Shown: piece by piece, positions 52,301 to 58,642 of the stretch | Layout: every line of letters begins with the position of its first letter | Position numbering within the stretch: the first letter of the stretch is position 1 | DNA from: Octopus bimaculoides | Taxonomy: Eukaryota | Length of the DNA: 58,642 nt | Assembly (NCBI RefSeq): GCF_001194135.2 | Contig: NC_068998.1 | Coordinates: 48,854,227-48,912,868 of the forward strand | Direction of reading: 5' to 3' | The notes under the pieces: generated by a model | Database searches by the model: none | What the model was told of the DNA's origin: nothing | Seen by the model: only the letters and a program-made list of their open reading frames with translations | Made by a program: the position numbers and the translations under genes

Positions 52301-53027
52301 NNNNNNNNNNNNNNNNNNNNNNNNNNNNNNNNNNNNNNNNNNNNNNNNNNNNNNNNNNNNNNNNNNNNNNNNNNNNNNNNNNNNNNNNNNNNNNNNNNNN
52401 NNNNNNNNNNNNNNNNNNNNNNNNNNNNNNNNNNNNNNNNNNNNNNNNNNNNNNNNNNNNNNNNNNNNNNNNNNNNNNNNNNNNNNNNNNNNNNNNNNNN
52501 NNNNNNNNNNNNNNNNNNNNNNNNNNNNNNNNNNNNNNNNNNNNNNNNNNNNNNNNNNNNNNNNNNNNNNNNNNNNNNNNNNNNNNNNNNNNNNNNNNNN
52601 NNNNNNNNNNNNNNNNNNNNNNNNNNNNNNNNNNNNNNNNNNNNNNNNNNNNNNNNNNNNNNNNNNNNNNNNNNNNNNNNNNNNNNNNNNNNNNNNNNNN
52701 NNNNNNNNNNNNNNNNNNNNNNNNNNNNNNNNNNNNNNNNNNNNNNNNNNNNNNNNNNNNNNNNNNNNNNNNNNNNNNNNNNNNNNNNNNNNNNNNNNNN
52801 NNNNNNNNNNNNNNNNNNNNNNNNNNNNNNNNNNNNNNNNNNNNNNNNNNNNNNNNNNNNNNNGCTAAAGTCTAAGTAGAAACAGTTATCAAAGAAGGCA
52901 CTGGAGTAGAAATGATTAACGGATTAGCTCTGAGGGTAATGCATTCCATGCACACGAACATAGCCGCAGATAAATGATTAAAATCGACAAAAGAATAGAG
53001 AAATTGATTTATTTACCCATCATCCAT
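45106..53027 (-). CDS. Spliced gene model (5 coding exons, 156 aa): Bcl-2-family protein with Bid/Bfk(BCL2L15)/Bcl-G-like architecture
   Basis: Exons 53027-53017, 47880-47756, 47309-47119, 45917-45792 and 45123-45106 join through GT-AG introns with matching phases (2,1,0,0). Translation: MDDGILQPAYIVGNTPELLREYIKLRNALTSTYDEWEADSPTAKSAKLNVSNCQGVGRNLMRMGDELDGKYRDNTNSVVREYESRLIEYDNFKKAAKKLLSNITERSLQLVAVFEICRRYTSAYPSFSSDNIVEQHAVTYIHDNFTSNGDWTPEKN*. BH3 is VGRNLMRMGDELD; BH2-like motif is FTSNGDW. Confidence 0.8.
45792..45917 (-). CDS. Bcl-2-like gene, exon 4 (degenerate BH1/helix 5 to BH2)
   Basis: Acceptor TTTTCTTCTTCCAG|, donor TGG|GTAGGT. 126 nt, phase 0/0; encodes LVAVFEICRRY...YIHDNFTSNGDW. 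The intron falls right after the BH2 Trp, as in BCL2/BCL-xL. Confidence 0.85.
45955..46165 (-). mobile_element. Mariner-derived relic in intron 3, next to the exon-4 acceptor
   Basis: Minus strand reads GDTCPEAYAKLQKVYGE, resembling the first mariner HTH helix. Confidence 0.45.
46517..46588 (+). tRNA. tRNA-Thr(TGT)-like sequence, probably a pseudogene or repeat-borne
   Basis: Cloverleaf: D-stem GTTT/AAAC, anticodon loop CATGTAA (TGT at 46549-46551), T-arm GTGAG-TTCGAGT-CTCAT, and a T5 run at 46598-46602. Defects: A at U33, imperfect anticodon stem, one acceptor-stem mismatch. Confidence 0.6.
47119..47309 (-). CDS. Bcl-2-like gene, exon 3 (BH3 exon)
   Basis: Branch-like TTACTAAT, acceptor TTTTCCTAAATCAG|, donor CAG|GTAACA. 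191 nt open; encodes GVGRNLMRMGDELDGKY and FKKAAKKLL (helix 4-like). Confidence 0.88.
47756..47880 (-). CDS. Bcl-2-like gene, exon 2 (ILQPAY...DEWEADSPTAKS)
   Basis: Acceptor TATTCCAG|, donor G|GTTAGT. 125 nt, open, phase 2 to phase 1; joins exon 3 as GCT (Ala). Confidence 0.75.
47969..48897 (+). mobile_element. 5'-truncated R4/Dong-type non-LTR retrotransposon (restriction-like endonuclease), pseudogenised
   Basis: CCHC knuckle CRLCGISIEDITHIISSC, RHD motif, RLE motif HNRPDIVIWD...VVEISCP, and FIPVIVEALG. Stop at 48408-48410 plus frameshifts. Begins directly after a (TACA)n/(CA)n tract; lies antisense inside an intron of the Bcl-2-like gene. Confidence 0.87.
49640..50119 (-). mobile_element. 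Penelope-like element relic (linker plus GIY-YIG region)
   Basis: KSLKRLLTNAK, KKCRRPNCGAYPYLTEGSEF, then RVTLHKQQI...KENLFIQKYRPHLN; internal deletion. Confidence 0.75.
50531..50789. repeat. 70-bp inverted repeats (50531-50600 and 50720-50789) enclosing a hammerhead
   Basis: Left arm CTATTTATCCCCAGGAAGCTGG...TTATATTTGCG is the reverse complement of the right arm with about 6 mismatches. Confidence 0.9.
50638..50680 (-). ncRNA. Minimal type I hammerhead ribozyme
   Basis: Minus strand TTCAGG-CTGATGA-C-GAG caatga CTC-A-GAAAC-AT-GTC-CCTGAA: 6-bp stem I, intact core, palindromic stem III ACATGT, GUC cleavage triplet. Confidence 0.72.
50836..51215 (-). mobile_element. Full-length SINE family C with a 12-bp TSD
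   Basis: TAAGTTGACAGT at 50824-50835 and 51216-51227; intact A and B boxes. Confidence 0.92.
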
Positions 53028-53082
53028 GATACTCGATATGAAAGCTTTGAAATTATCAAGTTATAAACAAATTCTTTCGAAG
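53017..53082 (-). CDS. Bcl-2-like gene, first coding exon (5'UTR + MDDG; ATG at 53027)
   Basis: Strong acceptor (long poly-T then CTACAG, exon starts at 53082). In-frame upstream TAA, then atcATGG in good Kozak context. Donor GG|GTAAAT is phase 2 and matches the exon at 47880. Confidence 0.6.
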
Positions 53083-54999
53083 CTGTAGAAAAAAAAAAAA
53101 AGAACAAGAAAAGAATATAATGGAGGTAAAAATTAGTTGAAATTATATAAACGAGAATATTTTGTCGTTCTTGTAAAGTTTATTAAATAATTTTCAGGTT
53201 TGTTGCTAATTAGTAATAAAAACAAGCAAACAAAAACAAACAAAAGAACACCAGAAAAATTAAATCTAAATTAAAATGATCGTCACTAAGGTGATTCTTG
53301 AAATGTTTGTATTTCAATAAGCGCTAAGAGTTATCTCTCTTGAATGACCAGGAATAGTTTTCATTTTAGTATATTTATTGTTTACTCTTACAAGATTATC
53401 TCATTTGTAAAATCAACCCAAAATATTAGCCACACCTTTATCAAATTACACCCAACTGTCTTAAATACCTGCATATATATATATATATATATATNNNNNN
53501 NNNNACAAAAAAGGAACGGGAACATAAACAAACCACAAAAAACGAACTTTTTTTTACAGACAACAGAATGAACACATAGGAAAACAGACACACCACATAT
53601 GGAACTTTTCCTTCATCAGCTGCCTCTATTCTAAACTAGGCATTTCGAAGATGAAGCATAACACGCTCTTAGAATAGCTCTTCTCGCGAAGCAAATTAAG
53701 TGAAACCTGCTATGCGGAGAATTCCAAAGTAGCAAACAGAAACCAACACAGGGGAAAACAAACGTTGAGGGCCGTTAGGCCGAACGAGATGAGATACTGA
53801 ACGCTGTGATGTGACGAACTTGAGCAGAGAGAGATAGCAGTTTGTGTTGCCTTTATGCTAGCTGAATGGAGAAAGAAAGATCTGACCACAGGTCACGTGT
53901 GATCAACGAGGAGTGGTAGAGAGAAGAAATTATCACATGACGATTCACAAGTAAGTTTTTATGTTCATGATGTTATCATAATACCATTGGTATTGTGTGG
54001 GTGGTAAGTTCCGGGAATAAGCCAGGCTGTTTTCTAACCATATAATTCGGGATCAGCCCCACTGTATGACATTTGGGGCAAATGTTTTCTTCTACTAACC
54101 GACCAAGTGGATTTGGTAGGCGAAATCTGAAAAATGTGGGTCGTACACACACACGCGCGCGCGCACACACACACGCACGCACACGCACACACACACGCAT
54201 ACACCACCGTTAGACAACCCGTGTTTTGTCTTGCTTTACGTTATCGTAATCTAGCAGTTTGGCAAAAATGACCGATAGAATTAGTACTGGGCTAAAAAAT
54301 ACTGGGTATCGATTCGACTAAGAATTGTTCAAGGCTGTGCCCCAGCATGGCCGCAGTTTAATAACTGAAACAAGTAAGACATAAAAAGATAAATAGCTAG
54401 TAAGATAGATAAACGCAATTAGTGTTGATATATTTACTTACATGGAGCACAAATGATACAGAATCAAAAGAGAAAATGAAACAAAGAAATCATATAATGT
54501 CATATCTCGATAGCTGTTTCAGGAAATCAAGAGAAAAACAGACCGAAACAGTGGCTCGTTAAGAGATAAGATAAGTGGAAGAAGTGCAGTCCCAAATCAC
54601 GAGATAAAAAAAAAATGAGAAGATAAGGTTGGATGCCAGTCTGGTGAAAGTGTACGTCACAGGTAGTCAAAGTACTCGTACACGGACAATAAGATAGTTG
54701 AGAATGTGAGTGGTATAAAGAGGTGAATAAGAGATAAGCCTTGAGGCACCGAAATGGGTGTCAGTCGGAGAAGCAAAGGTACAAAGTATAGAGAGTAAAA
54801 GCAAGTTGACCACAATGAGAAATTAAAATGTAGCCTCTTTTGTAAACATAAGTTTTACTGCACATTTGTTCATTATGTAAAATCAATATATTTCCATATA
54901 ACAAACTTTCTTTTTTTCTCTCCATACTTTCCTCCTCCACTTCCTCCGTCCAACTCTTATCTCTCTGATGACACACACACAAACGTTTGTTTTGCGTCA

Positions 55000-55090
<91 letters not shown>

Positions 55091-56695
55091 AAAATGTATA
55101 TATGTGTGTGTGTGTGCGTGAGTGTATTATGTACGTATGCATATATATATGTGTGTATTGTACTGATATGTACTGGCACAACGACGAACACAGAAATTAA
55201 AACCAGGTATATTTTTAACTGCTTTAAACATTACCAAAATATCCGCCTTATATATTTCATTAAATTTTAATAAATGAAAATATTTAGTGAAAAACAGCGA
55301 ATTAATTAGTATTTCGTGTTTCATTTTAATTGGAAAACGAAAAGGTGTGTGTGTGGGTGGGTGAGGAGGCGGGAGGGGGTTAACCAGTAAAAATTATGTA
55401 AAGCTTTTGTTTACTGATTTCTTGTTCTTTTTTTTTCCAGGAAAAAGTCTGACCTAGTTCAGAAAGTGACAAAAGATTGAGAACCACTGAATTAGATAAC
55501 GCTGTCCCATGTAGTCAGCTACTCGAAAAGCCAAAGTAAATAAGATAAAGGATAGTCAAAGCAAAAAAGCATTTACCCATAAACATACTTACTCAGCACT
55601 CCCCTGGGGACGGGCTTAAACAATAACAACTAAAAACAACAACATCTCAACTACACTGTTTACATTTGACGGATATCTGTCCTCATCTTGTTTGACGGAC
55701 AAATATCCGTCAAATGCAGATAATGTAAATAATGTACATAATTCCTCATTTCTTAAATATAGAACTGTAACATCTCAACTGTTTGATGTCTCACTTTTTT
55801 GTTGTATCGAACATTAGAACAAATATATCGGACATTACAACAAATATAAACCAAAACTTTGAAAATACCAACCTTTCTTTCGAGCGATAAAAATAAGATA
55901 TATATATATATGACGGAATGTGAGGAGGTAACGTCTGCTGCTCTCAATGTAAATCCGGTACTGTATAACAATGTACTCAAACGGATAGGTATAGCAGGCA
56001 GTAACACAAAGAAAAAGAACAGCAGCAGCAGCAGCGGAAGTAGCAGAGGTTTTCATATTAGCGTGTGACACAGAATTTGCCTACATAAGACGTGCATGAA
56101 TAAGCAGACACATACCTTATTAATGATGACATATATTTGAATGGAAGTATGTTGTAAAAAGTTTCATTTACGACAGTAGATGTATTCTCTATTTCTTTTT
56201 TCTGTCTATTTGACAAAAAATATTCTGGTGGCATACTTGCCAAGTAAGTATTTAGATCGGAGTGCACGTGGAAGACACATTTCTGCAGTTCAAAAACACT
56301 GTTGACGATGACTATTAACTTCATTTAAACATTTATTATTTCATTATATGTTGTTAAAGATTCCGTCGAGCGAAATGCGACCTGGTCACTGACAAGATTA
56401 CACCGCAGCCGTGTCGTCTTGTCAGTAATCAGGTGGCACATTTTGACACCGTATAACAAATTATAAATATTTTGCTAATTAACAGTGTTTGTGAGTTTGT
56501 GAATTACTAACAAGTATCTTCCATCCCGCAATCGTCAAAATAAATCCATCTTCCAAAAATAAGCATTGATAAAAAAAAAATAATAATAGTTAAGTTGGTG
56601 TTAATATATTTAACGTAGAAAGGAATAAAAAGTTAATTACAAATAAAAATGCAGCGAGGAAATGACAACATTAGTTCGATGACTAATATAGGTTT

Positions 56696-57067
56696 AACAA
56701 GAGCACTCAGAGAGCACAAACCTCCGCCAAGGCAACACTAACGTCCTCTCAACAATTAACCAGAGATGATTTTTAATATGAGAATGTCTAAAATCAACTC
56801 GACTTCTCTCACAAACGAGAATACTAAATATGAACCCGACTGCTCTCAAAAATTAACTAAAAACAAAATAGGAAAAATAATCCAGAATCCTTGTCCGGTA
56901 CTAGATCGATCACAAAACCTAATCAATTCGTACTAGTAACGAGGCCAAACATCCCTGAAAGTTTCATCCGAATCCACCCAGCGGTTCTTGAGATATCTTG
57001 TCCACGGACAAGCAAACAAATAAATGCGACTGAAACAATACCTCCGCTTTCTGGAAGGCGGTGGTAA
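56696..57067 (+). mobile_element. Non-autonomous Helentron/HINE-like element
   Basis: Starts AACAAGAGC, has a sub-terminal ACCTCCGCCAAGG and a short internal tandem duplication, and ends in the hairpin ACCTCCGC-TTTCTGGAAG-GCGGTGGT. Confidence 0.6.
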
Positions 57068-57339
57068 TAATTCCGTTAAGTGCAAGTACTAAATTTGCAC
57101 ATATTTCATAACACTTCCTTTGATTTTATAATGAGTGTAGGGTGTAATTTGAGGAAAATTTAGCAGCTTCTTCTAGCAGATCACGCGATCACAAATAGAC
57201 TCTTTTTAACTGCTTCAATTGCTACATGGATTATTAATACAAATTGTGTGGAATGAGAACTGCGGCAATCAAATGATTTATGAATCCATTATTAATATCA
57301 TTGAACAAATTTATTGCTTACATCCAAATATCAGTCGAT

Positions 57340-58060
57340 TTCATATGAAAATCGAACTCCTTTATTAAACGCTAAAAGTAGTACATGTAAATTTAAACAC
57401 TGCCATAAATCAAATGAGGATATCTTCTATATTGACATAGGATTTAGCTACCACTGTCAAAACTATATTAATAGCATTAATAGTTGAGTTTCCAATCTAT
57501 CTGCTGATCGTGCTACTTTCTAAAACGGTGCCCCATACTACAACATCGTACTAGATAAGTCCGAATTTAGGAGTAATATTAATTATATTGACCCAAATGT
57601 AAATAGACCAAGAAAGCAGAGACAGAGTAAAATGTTATGGTACAATCCACATATAGTATGAATGTAGCTACCAAGATAGCTAAAAATTCCTGAAACTTAT
57701 AGATAACCACTTCCTTCAGTCGCATAAATATTACAAGATCTTCATTAGAAATACAGTCAAAGTTATCTATATCTGCCTCTCCAATATAGGGTCGATAACT
57801 TTCAACTATAATAAAAATAATAGCATTAGAAACATTCCCTAAAGATCCTGCAAATCTAGATCTCTGGAGAGCTGACTTCTGAACAATAGATGCCTGGAAA
57901 AGGGTCAGCATTACGGATTTGGACGGAGAAACAAAAACTTACATTTGAATGACGGGAAACACTTTTGAATAAAGATATAAGCAGCATTTGGCTTCGTTTG
58001 GAGACAGAGGCAAAAGGCATACCACATCTTTATCCAATATAAATTTTCTGGACATCGATT
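57340..58060 (+). mobile_element. Penelope-like element relic (RT C-terminus, linker and GIY-YIG)
   Basis: Fragmented frames: APYYNIVL, KMLWYNP.YSMNVATKIAK.FLKLIDNHF, HKYYKIFIRNTVKV.Y.CL.NI, MTGNTF..RYKQHLASF. The minus-strand ORF 57579-57911 is the antisense of this element. Confidence 0.78.
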
Positions 58061-58642
58061 TTATGCATTATATAAATATTATGCATAAAAAGCATACGCC
58101 CCCATAAACTCATGTTCCACCAACCCCAACCCACTCTATCTCCCAGCTAAATAAAGCCTCATCAGAATTTATCAGACGGATATTGAACTGTTGATTGTTT
58201 CTCAGAAATTCATATTCTGTTTCTTAGAAATACATTGTTGTTGGTCTTGCAAACATTAGAGGAAGTGACTAAGCAAATCCCACAGTCTTCTTCTTCTTCT
58301 TCTTCTTCTTCTTCTTCTTCTTCTTCTTCTTCTTCTTCTTCTTCTTCTTCTTCTTCTCCTCTTCCCCATCTCCTCCTCCTCCTTAGTAGTAGTAGTAGTA
58401 GTAGGATGATGATGATGAGGAGGCGGCGGAAGAGAGAGAGGGAGTCGAAACCATTGAATTCTCATATCTTATTTACTCACACCATTCCGTTCATGTTGTA
58501 GCGACCGACTGTCCCCTCAAAATAGGGATCACGCCAGCATCATCGGAGAAACAAGCCCTACGAGTTGGAGAGGATACTGTTGCGAGCGCCACTGGCCATT
58601 CTCTGCGGCAACGGCATTGCCGTGGAGCGTGGCTGAGTACCC

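Noticed and set aside
37129-53027. Both genes start with a tiny MDxG exon and a phase-2 intron, and they are convergent neighbours (JNK/p38 phosphatase type next to an apoptosis regulator)
   Set aside because: There is no sequence homology beyond a few codons and no evidence of co-regulation; treated as coincidence unless synteny is conserved.
55663-55769. 20-bp-arm hairpin CATTTGACGGATAT.TGTCC / GGACAAATATCCGTCAAATG
   Set aside because: It looks like the collapsed terminus of a repeat with long inverted ends rather than an independent ncRNA.
57579-57911. 110-aa minus-strand ORF behind an acceptor-like site
   Set aside because: It is the antisense frame of a Penelope relic that is recognisable on the + strand.

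Overview
AT-rich, microsatellite-dense, gapped animal genomic DNA. The SINE, Penelope and simple-repeat content resembles an Octopus (coleoid cephalopod) assembly; this is inference. Almost all ORFs in the supplied track are microsatellite or N-gap artefacts. Two host protein-coding genes can be reconstructed by hand. (1) On the + strand, a two-coding-exon atypical dual-specificity phosphatase of the DUSP14/18/21 type (37129-37142 + 37981-38887, 306 aa), followed by a decayed duplicate of its own 3' end. (2) On the - strand, a five-coding-exon gene that the ORF track does not assemble (53027-53017, 47880-47756, 47309-47119, 45917-45792, 45123-45106). It encodes a 156-aa Bcl-2-fold protein with a textbook BH3, a degenerate BH1, a BH2-like NGDW, no transmembrane anchor in the best model, and a candidate caspase site (WEAD/S) N-terminal to the BH3. 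This Bid/Bfk-like architecture in an invertebrate is the most interesting item in the window. The rest is transposon debris: tRNA-derived SINEs, Tc1/mariner/maT relics, a hAT MITE nested in a SINE, R4/Dong-type and Penelope retroelement relics, and a Helentron-type element. Several structured-RNA candidates are also present: three minimal hammerhead ribozymes with intact cores, two pre-miRNA-like hairpins, and a tRNA-Thr-like gene between direct repeats.
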